A stretch of DNA of 64,000 bases from assembly GCA_013299115.1 (NCBI GenBank), contig JAAFKA010000014.1, positions 1-64,000 of the forward strand, written 5' to 3'. A program made the translations under genes and the position numbers. Each line of letters starts with the position of its first letter. The first letter of the stretch is position 1. Source of the stretch: Cytophagales bacterium. Lineage in GTDB: Bacteria > Bacteroidota > Bacteroidia > Cytophagales > Thermoflexibacteraceae. Below are positions 39,972-50,220 of the stretch, piece after piece. Under the pieces are notes generated by a model. The model did no database searches. It was given only the letters and a program-made list of their open reading frames with translations, and was not told where the DNA came from.

Positions 39972-40805
39972 CTACACTTCATCGGGATTTATCCCCATAG
40001 CACGCAATTTTTCTGCTAATTTGTCTGCACGTTGCTTTTCTGTTTCTGCACGTTGCTTTTCAGACTCTGCACGTTGTTTTTCAGACTCTGCACGTTGCTT
40101 TTCGGCTTCTGTTTTCTGCTTTTCTGTTGCCAATTTTTTGTCTTTTATTGCAAGTTGCTGATTTTTTTCTGCCACCGCCTCCACACCCGTAGGCAATAGC
40201 ACGCCGTTTTGGTCTTGCCAACGCACCCATTCTTCTTTCATGCCCTCATATTCTCCCTGCCAAGCCACAGGTGTTATGCCTATTCGGTCTAAAAAATTAC
40301 TTTCTTTGAGGTAATAAGCCCCTGCTCGCAATTCATAAACCATTATCAACTGCTTTTGCAAAAATTGCAAAGGGTCTATAATGATGTAGTAAGGTACACC
40401 AGCCTTTGCATAGACATCAAATTTTTTGCCTTTTTCATTGCCTACTGTATTGGACACTACTTCCACCACCACTTCGGGAGATTTGCCCAACTCCCATATC
40501 ATATAGACCCGATGGCGTTTTTCCCACACATCAGGCGGATAGGAAATGTCCATGCTTAGGAGCATATCAGGCACGATGGCGGGCAAGTGCAAGCCATAAT
40601 ATAGCCCTACGTTGGTCGAGGCTACAAATTGCCTTTCGCCAAAGGGCGAGGCTGTCTGCAAAGTATCAATCAACAGGCGTTGCTGTTTTTCAGAATAAAT
40701 ATTGTCCACAGGCGTATCGTCTTCGGTTAGCAAATGCTCCACATTGGGTGGAGTGATTACAAAATCCTCCACAACCTCCGTTGTTGTTGTCTGGCGGGTT
40801 TTCAT
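39972..40805 (-). CDS. Uma2 family endonuclease with a C-terminal (EKQRAES)n coiled-coil repeat
   Basis: VVEVVSNT...GVPYYIIIDP core, with a tandem 7-aa repeat tail. Confidence 0.65.
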   Translation of the reverse strand: MKTRQTTTTEVVEDFVITPPNVEHLLTEDDTPVDNIYSEKQQRLLIDTLQTASPFGERQFVASTNVGLYYGLHLPAIVPDMLLSMDISYPPDVWEKRHRVYMIWELGKSPEVVVEVVSNTVGNEKGKKFDVYAKAGVPYYIIIDPLQFLQKQLIMVYELRAGAYYLKESNFLDRIGITPVAWQGEYEGMKEEWVRWQDQNGVLLPTGVEAVAEKNQQLAIKDKKLATEKQKTEAEKQRAESEKQRAESEKQRAETEKQRADKLAEKLRAMGINPDEV

Positions 40806-40896
40806 TGGGTTTGCTTTTTTAGAATTAGATAGTTAAGGTACAAAAAATTTGGGAATAAATTGAATTTTGGGCAAAATATTTATCAGGCATAGCTAA

Positions 40897-40950
40897 CTTT
40901 CGGTTTTGAGAAACCGAAAGCACAACCGAAAGCACAGCCGAAAGCACAAC
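40897..40950. repeat. Hairpin (tttcggttt-tgag-aaaccgaaa) followed by a 10-bp tandem repeat ccgaaagcac x3-4
   Basis: Direct reading. A related element lies at 50440-50480. Confidence 0.7.
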
Positions 40951-41029
40951 CAAAAATTTACTAATTGCAAACTTCCTAACTTTCTAATTATTTTTTTATC
41001 TTGCAACGCCAACAAACCTATACTAACCA

Positions 41030-43963
41030 TTGAAAAAGCTAATTCTTGTATTTTTTTTGCTTTTTGCAGCCACAAGTAACTTTTGCTTTGCCCAAAACAA
41101 AAAAGTAATAGACAGCCTTACACAAGTCTATCACAACGCCAAGCACGACACAATAAAAGTATTGGCTCTTACTTCTATTGCCTACGAGTACAGAAGAAAT
41201 AAGCCAGATACTTGTATTTCCATTGCTGAAAAAGCCCTGCAAATAAGTGAAAAAATACAGTATCGCAAAGGGCAAGGCAATAGTTATCATCACATAGGTT
41301 TAGGCTATTATAATAAGAGTGCTTACCCTTTGGCATTGGAATATTACCAAAAAAGCTTGAAAATACGAGAAGAAATAGGGGATAAACAAGGTATAGGAAG
41401 TAGTTTCAATGCCATAGGGCTTATTTACAATAATCAAGGCAATTACCCTTTGGCTTTGGAATATCACCAAAAAAGTCTGAAAATAGAGAGAGAAATAGGC
41501 AATAAGCAAGGCATAGCCATTAGTTTGAATAACATAGGCAATATTTATGATAATCAAGGCAATTACCCTTTGGCTTTGGAATATCACCAACAAAGTCTGA
41601 AAATAGCGGAAGAAATAGGCAATAAACAAGGTATAGCCAGTAGTTTGAATAACATAGGCAATATTTATGATAGTCAAGGCAATTATCCATTGGCTTTGGA
41701 ATATTACCAAAAAGGTATGAAAATAGAGGGAGAAATAGGCAATAAAAAAGGCATAGCCAGTAGTTTGCATAACATAGGGATTATTTACAAAAATCAAGGC
41801 AATTATCCTTTGGCTTTGGAATATTACCAAAAAAGTATGAAAATAGAGGGAGAAATAGGCAATAAAAAAGGCATAGCCAGTAGTTTGCATAACATAGGGA
41901 TTATTTACAAAAATCAAGGCAATTATCCTTTGGCATTAGAATATTTCCAAAAAAGCCTAAAAATAAAGGAAGAAATAGGGGATAAACAAGGCATAGCCAA
42001 TAGTTTGAATAACATAGGACTTATTTACGATGATCAAGGTAATTATCCTTTGGCATTGGAATATTACCAAAAAAGCCTAAAAATAAAGAAAGAAATAGGG
42101 AATAAACAAGGCATATCCATTAGTTTGAGTAACATAGGGAGTATTTACAAAAATCAAGGCAATTATCCTTTGGCATTAGAATATTATCAAAAAAGCCTGA
42201 AAATAGAAGAAGCAATAGGAGATAAAAAAGGCATAGCTGGTAGTTTGAGTAACATAGGCAATATTTATGATAGTCAAGGCAATTACACTTTGGCTTTGGA
42301 ATATTACCAAAAAAGCCTGAAAATAACAGAAGAAATAGGCGATAAATTGGGAACTACCTATTCCCTGTGTGGAATTGCCCAAGTAGCCCAAAAACAAAAA
42401 GACTATGATAAAAGCATAGATTATGCACAAAAAAGCCTAAAAATTGCCCAAGAAATAAAAGCCTCCGCAGAAATCAAAAGTGCAAGCGAAGTCCTTTACA
42501 ATAGCTATAAACTCAAAGGCGACTATGTGAAAGCCCTTGAATACCACGAACTATTTAAGGCAACGAATGATAGTATTTTCAATATAGACAAAGCAAAGAA
42601 AATAGCTAATTTGGAAGCAACTGCGGAGATAGAAAAAAAGTCAAAAGAAATAGAGATTTTGAATAAAAACAAGGAATTATCCCAAAAAGAAAAAGAGGTG
42701 TTGGAAAAAGATTTGAAACTCCAAAGTACAGAGGCAGAAAGGCAGCGAAATGCTAATTTGGTGCTTGAAAAACAAGCAGAAGCAGATAAATTATTCAACC
42801 TTGCTCGGCAAGAAAAAGACAAACGAAAAGCAGACAGCCTGAATAACCTTGCCCAGTATCACCAACTGCAAGCTGATAACCTAAAAGCAAAAGAAAAACA
42901 GCTGCAAGCCGAAAATAAAGCCCAAAAAATAGAGTCTATCAAAGAAAAAGAAGCAAAGGAATTTCAACAATATATTACCTATTTGGTATTGGTGGGGCTT
43001 TTTTCTGTTGTAGTTTTTGCTTATTTTATTTTTATTTCTCGCAAAAAAGTTCAAAAAGCATACGAACAATTAGAAGTTTCTAAAATCAAAATTCAAGAAA
43101 CCAATCAGCATTTGACATTGGCAAACGAGGAGATTTCGCAACAGAAAGAGGAAATTGTGCAACAAGCCGACAACCTCCAAGCTGTAAATCAGACCAAAGA
43201 CAAGCTTTTTGCCATCATAGGGCATGACCTCCGCAACCCTGTGGCTTCGCTAAAAGGAATGTTGGACTTGGTGGTTTCGCAAGACATTAGCCAAGAGGAA
43301 TTTGCAGAATATGCACCCAAACTTGCCGAAAACGTAGAAAATATGCACTTTACGCTAAACAATTTGCTGTCGTGGGCAAACAGCCAACTGCAAGGCATAG
43401 CCAACAAACCCCAAAATATTAACCTCCACGAATTGGCACAAGAAAACTGCAATCTACTCAAAGAAATAGCCGCTCAAAAAGGTATTAATTTGGCGAATGA
43501 ACTACCAAACAACTTGCAAGGCTACGCAGACCAGCAGCAGATTAACCTCATTTTCAGAAACTTAATTGGCAATGCCCTAAAATTTACGCCCGCAGGTGGA
43601 AGTGTGAAAGTGGTTTTAGAAAATAGAACTAACATTTCTCAAAGAAATGTTAGTTCTGAACAATTTAGTAGCATCAGAGATGACATCTTTCAAAAAGATG
43701 TCATCTCTGATGCTACTAAATTCGTGCAAATTGGAATTGCGGACACAGGCGTAGGCATGAGTGCCGAACAGATGGGCAAACTGTTCAAACAAGCCACTTC
43801 TTTTACGACCTACGGCACCAGTGGCGAAAAAGGTACAGGCTTAGGCTTGCTACTCTGCCAAGAAATGGCGGAGAAAAACGGAGGCAAAATTTGGGTGGAA
43901 AGTGAGCAAGGCAGAGGCACTACGTTTTGGTTTACGGTGGGAGTAAGGTTAGTAAATTTTTAG
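41030..43963 (+). CDS. TPR-repeat sensor histidine kinase (signal peptide, ~10 TPR units, TM helix, coiled coil, HisKA, HATPase_c)
   Basis: H-box IIGHDLRNP, N-box NLIGNALKFT, G1 DTGVGM, G2 GTGLGL. Confidence 0.85.
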   Translation: MKKLILVFFLLFAATSNFCFAQNKKVIDSLTQVYHNAKHDTIKVLALTSIAYEYRRNKPDTCISIAEKALQISEKIQYRKGQGNSYHHIGLGYYNKSAYPLALEYYQKSLKIREEIGDKQGIGSSFNAIGLIYNNQGNYPLALEYHQKSLKIEREIGNKQGIAISLNNIGNIYDNQGNYPLALEYHQQSLKIAEEIGNKQGIASSLNNIGNIYDSQGNYPLALEYYQKGMKIEGEIGNKKGIASSLHNIGIIYKNQGNYPLALEYYQKSMKIEGEIGNKKGIASSLHNIGIIYKNQGNYPLALEYFQKSLKIKEEIGDKQGIANSLNNIGLIYDDQGNYPLALEYYQKSLKIKKEIGNKQGISISLSNIGSIYKNQGNYPLALEYYQKSLKIEEAIGDKKGIAGSLSNIGNIYDSQGNYTLALEYYQKSLKITEEIGDKLGTTYSLCGIAQVAQKQKDYDKSIDYAQKSLKIAQEIKASAEIKSASEVLYNSYKLKGDYVKALEYHELFKATNDSIFNIDKAKKIANLEATAEIEKKSKEIEILNKNKELSQKEKEVLEKDLKLQSTEAERQRNANLVLEKQAEADKLFNLARQEKDKRKADSLNNLAQYHQLQADNLKAKEKQLQAENKAQKIESIKEKEAKEFQQYITYLVLVGLFSVVVFAYFIFISRKKVQKAYEQLEVSKIKIQETNQHLTLANEEISQQKEEIVQQADNLQAVNQTKDKLFAIIGHDLRNPVASLKGMLDLVVSQDISQEEFAEYAPKLAENVENMHFTLNNLLSWANSQLQGIANKPQNINLHELAQENCNLLKEIAAQKGINLANELPNNLQGYADQQQINLIFRNLIGNALKFTPAGGSVKVVLENRTNISQRNVSSEQFSSIRDDIFQKDVISDATKFVQIGIADTGVGMSAEQMGKLFKQATSFTTYGTSGEKGTGLGLLLCQEMAEKNGGKIWVESEQGRGTTFWFTVGVRLVNF
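41300..42360. repeat. Near-identical 120-bp tandem repeats inside the CDS (TPR units)
   Basis: For example, 41701-41820 and 41821-41940 are essentially identical. Many units share more than 85% identity. Confidence 0.9.
43624..43717. repeat. Two consecutive palindromes embedded in-frame in the HK ATP-lid region
   Basis: agaactaacatttct-caaag-aaatgttagttct (43624-43656) and the perfect 24-bp-arm palindrome tagtagcatcagagatgacatcttt-caaa-aagatgtcatctctgatgctacta (43665-43717). Together they encode about 30 extra residues between the N-box and G1. Confidence 0.85.
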
Positions 43964-44207
43964 TTGAAGGTGGCTTCACAAGTGCAAATTGTACTAATCA
44001 ACATTTATCATACGAATTCTATAATACCTACCCAAATAGGTAAAGCTATTCGTTGGGGCAGGTAGGCTCAATGCAGGTACTACTGTGCTACTTCTTTTCG
44101 CAACTTTCAGGTTTATTTAGGTGGTTATGTACTAAAATTCAAAATTGTAAGTTGTTAATTGTATAAAATCTTACTAAGTTTGCGAATAGTGCAAAAAGGA
44201 AATCCCT

Positions 44208-44242
44208 ATAACTAATATTTCTTTAAGAAATGTTAATAGTAA
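44208..44242. repeat. Degenerate member of the acatttct..agaaatgtt palindromic repeat family
   Basis: taactaatatttctttaagaaatgttaatag lies upstream of polA. Confidence 0.5.
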
Positions 44243-44300
44243 GGAAGTCCAAGCATTGCTTTTGTGGCACTACCAATTTGCGAAGCCTATTTTACCACCC

Positions 44301-47183
44301 ATGAAAAAACTATTTCTGCTCGATGCCTTAGCCCTTATTTACAGGGCTTATTTTGCTTTTAGCAAAACCCCGCGCATCACTTCCAAAGGACTCAATACAG
44401 GTGCTATTTTTGGTTTCACTAATACCTTGTTGGAGGTCTTGCAAAAGGAAAAACCTACACATTTGGCAGTAGTTTTTGATACGCCTGCCCCCACTTTTCG
44501 CCACATCAATTACCCCGCCTACAAAGCCCAACGCGACGCCCAGCCCGAAGACATTACCATTGCCATTCCTTACATCAAAAAATTGTGTAAGGCTTTGCAA
44601 ATTGCAGTCATAGAACTCGACGGATATGAGGCTGACGACTTAATTGGCACGTTGGCAAAAAAAGCCGAACAGCTTGATTTTCAGACTTTTATGTTTACTT
44701 CTGACAAGGATTATGGGCAGTTGGTAACAGACACAATTTTGCTCTACAAACCTGCTTTTCTCGGCAATGACGTAGAAATTTTGGGGGTCAAAGAAATATT
44801 GGCAAAATGGGACATCAGCCGAGTGGAGCAAGTGGTAGATATGTTGGGTTTGCAAGGAGATGCAGTAGATAACATACCAGGCATACCAGGAATTGGGCAA
44901 AAAACAGCAGCCAAGTTGCTTGCCGAATTTGATACAGTAGAAAACCTGATAGCCAATGCCGACAAACTCAAAGGCAAACAGCAAGAAAACGTAAAAAACT
45001 TTGCTGCACAGGGCATTTTGTCTAAGCAATTAGCCACCATAGAAATTAATTCGCCAATAGATTTTGACGAAAACCTATTGGCTATCAAGCCTTTACAGGC
45101 GGAGGTGCTGCGTCCTTTGCTCGACGAATTGGAGTTTCGCACCATTAAAGCAAAATTGTTGGGCGAAAAAACAACGCCACCTACTAACACACAAAGCTCT
45201 GAAAATCAGGACAAAAAGACAACTTCCAAAACTACAAAAGCTGCCAATAGTAATTCGCAAGGAGATTTGTTTGCTACTTCTTCGCCTACTTTATTGACAA
45301 CTTTGGAAAACAAAGAACAAGCTAATGAAGGACAAGGAGATGGGCAAAATGAAGCAAAATCTTACGCCACTTTTCACGATACAGTTAAGCATTACCACGC
45401 CATAGATACGCCTGAACTTCGCCAACAACTTATTCAGTTTTTGAGTTTGCAACAGGCTTTTTGTTTTGATACAGAAACCACCAATTTACAGGCACACGAG
45501 GCTGAATTGGTCAGTATTTCTTTTTCCTACCGAGCCAATGAAGCCTATTTTGTGCCTATTCCTGCCAACCGCCAAGAAGCACAGCAAATTGTAGATGAAT
45601 TTAAGCAAGTATTTGAAAATCAGGCTATTGGCAAGATTGGGCAAAACCTAAAATACGACATTACTGTTTTGCAAAACTACCAAATAGCAGTCAAAGGCAA
45701 ATTGTTTGATACTATGCTTGCACACTATTTGCTGGAGCCAGATATGCGACATGGCATGGACGTATTGGCAGAAAATTATTTGCAATACAGCCCCATTAGC
45801 ATAGAAACTTTGATAGGAAAAAAAGGCAAAAACCAACTGAATATGCGTGAGGTTTCGCCAAAAAACTTACTCAATTATTCAGCCGAAGATGCAGATGTAA
45901 CTTACCAACTGTACGAAAAATTGCACGCCCAACTGCAAGCAAGACCCGAATTAGTCAAGTTGTTCGACACCATAGAAATTCCGTTGATTGAAGTATTGAG
46001 CAAGGTGGAAAGAAACGGCGTTTGCATAGACAAAACAGCCTTGCAAAACTATTCGAAAGAATTGGAAAAGGAAATTTTGATAGTGGAGCAAAAAATTTAC
46101 CAACAGGCAGGTTTAACTTTCAACATAGCCTCACCCAAGCAGTTGGGCGAAGTGTTGTTTGAGAAACTGAACTTAGACAGCCAAGCCAAAAAGACCAAAA
46201 CAGGGCAGTATGCAACAGGCGAAGAAGTTTTGCAATTTTTGATAGACAAACACCCCATAGTGAGTAACATTTTGGAAATCAGGCAATTACAAAAATTGAA
46301 GTCCACTTACATCGATGCGTTGCCTGAATTGATTAGCACTGTAGATGGTCGGGTGCATACGTCATACAACCAAGCCGTAGCAGCCACAGGTAGGTTGAGT
46401 TCCAACAATCCGAACTTGCAAAACATACCCATTCGCAGCGAAAAAGGCAAGGAAATTCGCAGGGCTTTTATTCCTCAAAATTCCAATCATTTGCTGTTGT
46501 CGATAGATTATTCCCAAATAGAATTGCGAATTATGGCATCTTTTAGCAAAGACCAAACCATGTTGGAGGCTTTTAGGCAAGGCAAGGATATTCACGCAGC
46601 CACCGCAGCCAAAATTTTCAAAATTCCTGTCGAAAACATAGACAAAGAAATGCGAAGACGTGCCAAAACTGCCAATTTTGGTATCATTTACGGAGTTTCG
46701 GCTTTTGGTCTTGCCCAACAACTGAACATACCAAGAGGAGAAGCTGGCGAGTTAATCCGCAATTATTTCATAGAATTTCCCGCCATTAAGCAATATATGG
46801 ATAGCATTATCAACTTTGCAAGGGAACACGAATATGTGGAAACTATTTTAGGTCGCCGCCGTTATTTGCGAGATATTAACTCCCGAAACCAAGTGCAGCG
46901 GGGCTATGCAGAACGAAATGCTATCAATGCCCCGATACAAGGCTCGGCTGCTGATGTTATCAAAGCTGCTATGTTGTCTATTCATAACTTTTTGATAACC
47001 AATCAATTAAAGACCAAAATGATTATGCAAGTCCACGACGAATTGGTTTTTGAAGTGCCACCCGAAGAATTGGAAACTGTAAAAACTGCCATAGCCCAAT
47101 GTATGGTGCAGGCGGTGCAACTGCCCGATGTGGTCTTGGAAGTGGAGGCTGGCGTAGGCAAAAATTGGTTGGAGGCTCATTAA
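44301..47183 (+). CDS. polA: DNA polymerase I
   Basis: The 5'-3' exonuclease N-terminus, 3'-5' exonuclease and the pol motifs (RRRAKTANFGIIYG, VHDELVFE). The start is at MKKLFLLDA. Confidence 0.9.
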   Translation: MKKLFLLDALALIYRAYFAFSKTPRITSKGLNTGAIFGFTNTLLEVLQKEKPTHLAVVFDTPAPTFRHINYPAYKAQRDAQPEDITIAIPYIKKLCKALQIAVIELDGYEADDLIGTLAKKAEQLDFQTFMFTSDKDYGQLVTDTILLYKPAFLGNDVEILGVKEILAKWDISRVEQVVDMLGLQGDAVDNIPGIPGIGQKTAAKLLAEFDTVENLIANADKLKGKQQENVKNFAAQGILSKQLATIEINSPIDFDENLLAIKPLQAEVLRPLLDELEFRTIKAKLLGEKTTPPTNTQSSENQDKKTTSKTTKAANSNSQGDLFATSSPTLLTTLENKEQANEGQGDGQNEAKSYATFHDTVKHYHAIDTPELRQQLIQFLSLQQAFCFDTETTNLQAHEAELVSISFSYRANEAYFVPIPANRQEAQQIVDEFKQVFENQAIGKIGQNLKYDITVLQNYQIAVKGKLFDTMLAHYLLEPDMRHGMDVLAENYLQYSPISIETLIGKKGKNQLNMREVSPKNLLNYSAEDADVTYQLYEKLHAQLQARPELVKLFDTIEIPLIEVLSKVERNGVCIDKTALQNYSKELEKEILIVEQKIYQQAGLTFNIASPKQLGEVLFEKLNLDSQAKKTKTGQYATGEEVLQFLIDKHPIVSNILEIRQLQKLKSTYIDALPELISTVDGRVHTSYNQAVAATGRLSSNNPNLQNIPIRSEKGKEIRRAFIPQNSNHLLLSIDYSQIELRIMASFSKDQTMLEAFRQGKDIHAATAAKIFKIPVENIDKEMRRRAKTANFGIIYGVSAFGLAQQLNIPRGEAGELIRNYFIEFPAIKQYMDSIINFAREHEYVETILGRRRYLRDINSRNQVQRGYAERNAINAPIQGSAADVIKAAMLSIHNFLITNQLKTKMIMQVHDELVFEVPPEELETVKTAIAQCMVQAVQLPDVVLEVEAGVGKNWLEAH

Positions 47184-47206
47184 AAATAAGTAGTACCACA
47201 GATGTA

Positions 47207-47240
47207 ATGCCAGAACTAACATTTTTCAAAGAAATGTTAG
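47207..47240. repeat. Palindromic repeat family member (agaactaacattt-ttcaaa-gaaatgttagttct)
   Basis: Lies between convergent polA and murE. Related to the 43624 and 55785 copies. Confidence 0.8.
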
Positions 47241-47302
47241 TTCTTCTATAACTTTTTAAAGCCTATTTTTATAAACCCTTGTAGATTTCCTGTACCTAAT
47301 TT

Positions 47303-48769
47303 TTAAAGTAATTCCTTCAACACCAATCTATCGTCAAAATCATACTTTACACCCTGAATTTCTTGGTAGGTTTCGTGTCCTTTGCCCGCCACCAAAATCA
47401 CGTCTTGTGGTTGGGCAAGTTCGCAGGCTTTTTTTATGGCAGCCTTTCGGTCTGCAATAATTAATACCTTGTTTTTGTCTGCAATAGGTACGCCAACCTC
47501 CATAGCAGCCAAAATATCGTTAGGATTTTCAAAACGAGGGTTATCGGAAGTCAAAATGACAATATTGCTTAGTTTACAGGCAATAGCAGCCATAATAGGA
47601 CGTTTGGTTGCATCTCTGTTGCCTCCACAGCCCACAACTGTAATCACTTTTTCGTTGCCATTTCGCAAGTTATCTATGGTTTCCAATACGTTTTGCAGGG
47701 CGTCGGGTGTGTGTGCATAATCTACAATTCCCGTAGTGCCTACTGCGTTTTGTATGACCTCAAACCTTCCTGCTGCCGACCTCAACGCCGACAATTCTCG
47801 CAATACCTCATCTTTTGGCTCTCCTAACAAAACAGCAGTGCCGTAAATTCCAAGCAAATTATACGCATTAAACTCTCCAATGAGTTGAAACCAAACCTCT
47901 TGATGCTCGACCAATAAGTGCAAGCCTTGCAAACCATTTGCTAAAATTTTTGCCTTAAAATCTGCCCCTGATTGCAGAGCAAAGGAATAGATTTTGCTCG
48001 CACAATTTTGTGCCATAATGGTTGCTCGTTTGTCGTCTTTGTTTAGCAGGGCAAAAGCATGAGGTTTGAGGTTATCGAAAAGCAATTTTTTTGCTTTGAT
48101 ATACTTATCAAAAGTTTTGTGATAATCTAAGTGGTCGTGGGTGATATTGGTAAAAACAGCCCCTGCAAAGTCTATTCCTGTAACTCTTTCTTGTACTAAG
48201 GCATGAGAACTGACCTCCATAAAAGCATATTGGCAACCTTTTTTTACCATTTTTGCTAACAATTCATTCAAAGTCAAGGCATCAGGCGTGGTGTGTGTGG
48301 CGGGCAATATTTCATCTTCTATGTGATTTTGTACGGTAGAAAGCAGCCCTGTTTTGTAGCCCAAATTTTTGAATAATTGGTAGAGCAAAGTAACCGTAGT
48401 TGTTTTGCCGTTTGTGCCTGTTACACCGACTAATTTGAGTTTTTTGGAAGGGTGGTCATAAAAATTGCAAGCCAATAAAGCCAATGCTTTTGCCGAATTT
48501 TCTACTTGTATCCACACTGTTTTTTGCGGAAGGGTTTGCAAAAGGGCTTCGTCGGGCGGCGTTTCGCACAAGACCGCAGCCACACCTTTTGCCAACACAG
48601 CAGGGAGGTATTGGTGTCCGTCTGTTTGCACGCCACGCAACGCCACAAATAAACAATCGGGGGTAACTTTGCGAGAGTCTTGTTGCACAGAGCCAATTTG
48701 CGTAGCCAAATTACCATAAATTGTTTGGGTGGCAATATTTTGTAATACAATAGATAAGGTTTTATTCAT
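47303..48769 (-). CDS. murE: UDP-N-acetylmuramoyl-L-alanyl-D-glutamate--2,6-diaminopimelate ligase
   Basis: Mur ligase domains with a GTNGKTT P-loop and the expected length. Confidence 0.85.
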   Translation of the reverse strand: MNKTLSIVLQNIATQTIYGNLATQIGSVQQDSRKVTPDCLFVALRGVQTDGHQYLPAVLAKGVAAVLCETPPDEALLQTLPQKTVWIQVENSAKALALLACNFYDHPSKKLKLVGVTGTNGKTTTVTLLYQLFKNLGYKTGLLSTVQNHIEDEILPATHTTPDALTLNELLAKMVKKGCQYAFMEVSSHALVQERVTGIDFAGAVFTNITHDHLDYHKTFDKYIKAKKLLFDNLKPHAFALLNKDDKRATIMAQNCASKIYSFALQSGADFKAKILANGLQGLHLLVEHQEVWFQLIGEFNAYNLLGIYGTAVLLGEPKDEVLRELSALRSAAGRFEVIQNAVGTTGIVDYAHTPDALQNVLETIDNLRNGNEKVITVVGCGGNRDATKRPIMAAIACKLSNIVILTSDNPRFENPNDILAAMEVGVPIADKNKVLIIADRKAAIKKACELAQPQDVILVAGKGHETYQEIQGVKYDFDDRLVLKELL

Positions 48770-48825
48770 TGGTTGTTTATTTTGAAAAAAAAATTGTATC
48801 TTTTTTCAAGCCCTATAACAAAAAT

Positions 48826-50220
48826 CTACACCAAATCTGCAAACAGATTAGGCACAACACCCAACAACAAGGTGAGCAAAATAGACAAGACAAAAGCTGC
48901 TTGTTGCAACCCTGTAAGTGCTATTTTTTCGGTTTTTCCTTCGCGTATATACATGGCAATCACCACTTTGAAGTAGTAATAAATACCAACAGCCGACATC
49001 AAAATTGCACCTATCAACAACCAATTTAAACCTCCTTTTGCAAAAGCACTTGAAAAAATAAGGAACTTGCCAAAAAATCCGCCTGTGAGTGGAATACCTG
49101 CCAAAGAACACATGGCTAAGGTCATGACAAAAGCCAAAAAAGGATTGTTCTTAGCCAAGCCGTTGAAAGCCGAAAAGTCTTCGCTGCCCTGTTGTTTGTC
49201 TGCTACCAATATCAAAACGCCAAAGGCTGCAATGGTGGCTACGGAGTAAGCTAAGGAGTAAAACAAAATAGCATCTTGCGAGGTGTTTTGGAAGGCTGTA
49301 ACCGCAATGAGCAAATAACCTGCATGAGAAATACCCGAATAAGCCATCATTCGTTTGAAACTGTGCTGGTGAGAGGCGGTGATATTGCCCACGACCAAAG
49401 TAAGCAAGGCAACTACGGCTATGCTCATTGCCCAATAATCGTACAAACCTGTAAAAGAAACTGCCAACAAACGGTACAAAGCTGCAAAACCTGCTGTTTT
49501 GACTACGGTGGACATGAAGGCTGTGAACAAAGAAGGTGAACCTTCATAGACATCAGGAGTCCAGAAATGAAAAGGTGCTGCCGAAACTTTGAACAATACA
49601 CCAATCAACACCATGACGATACCTACATACAACAAAGGCGACAAATTTCCTACATTGGCGTTAGTATAATCTGCTATGCCTTTGATACTGAAACTCATGG
49701 TAGCCCCGTAGAGCAAAGCAACGCCAAAAAGCAAAAAACCTGTGGCAAAAGCACCCATTAAGAAGTATTTGAGGGCTGCTTCAGTAGAACGTAAATTGCG
49801 TTTATCACTTCCTGCCAAGACGTACATGGAAATAGACAAAATTTCTACGCCAACAAAGAGCATAATCAAATTGTCGTAAGCCGTCATCATGATTCCGCCC
49901 ACTAAGGCAAACAGCAAGATGGCGTAATACTCCGCAGGTTGGGCTTGGGGTCTGTCTATGTAGTTTTGCGAAAAAGGAATGACCAACAAAGCCGATACCA
50001 ACAGAATAGCTGAAAAAACAATGGTGGTTTTATCTACGGTCATCATGCCGTTGTTGTAGGCAGAGGACAGGGTAAAAGGCACATTCCAATCCCAAAGATT
50101 GACTGCCAAAGCCACCAATAAAAACAACAAGGTGGCGGGCATGAGTAAACTGCGACTTTTGTTAAAGCCCAAAAACAGACTGGCAATGCCAGAAACAGAC
50201 AAGAGTATGATAGATAGCAT
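48826..50220 (-). CDS. nuoN: NuoN/MrpD-family proton-translocating membrane subunit (NADH-quinone oxidoreductase chain N-like)
   Basis: 464 aa and polytopic, with the typical NuoN-family sequence. No other nuo genes are adjacent. Confidence 0.7.
   Translation of the reverse strand: MLSIILLSVSGIASLFLGFNKSRSLLMPATLLFLLVALAVNLWDWNVPFTLSSAYNNGMMTVDKTTIVFSAILLVSALLVIPFSQNYIDRPQAQPAEYYAILLFALVGGIMMTAYDNLIMLFVGVEILSISMYVLAGSDKRNLRSTEAALKYFLMGAFATGFLLFGVALLYGATMSFSIKGIADYTNANVGNLSPLLYVGIVMVLIGVLFKVSAAPFHFWTPDVYEGSPSLFTAFMSTVVKTAGFAALYRLLAVSFTGLYDYWAMSIAVVALLTLVVGNITASHQHSFKRMMAYSGISHAGYLLIAVTAFQNTSQDAILFYSLAYSVATIAAFGVLILVADKQQGSEDFSAFNGLAKNNPFLAFVMTLAMCSLAGIPLTGGFFGKFLIFSSAFAKGGLNWLLIGAILMSAVGIYYYFKVVIAMYIREGKTEKIALTGLQQAAFVLSILLTLLLGVVPNLFADLV

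Noticed and set aside
41300-41917. 205-aa antisense ORF inside the kinase gene
   Set aside because: It is a consequence of the periodic TPR-coding repeats on the opposite strand.
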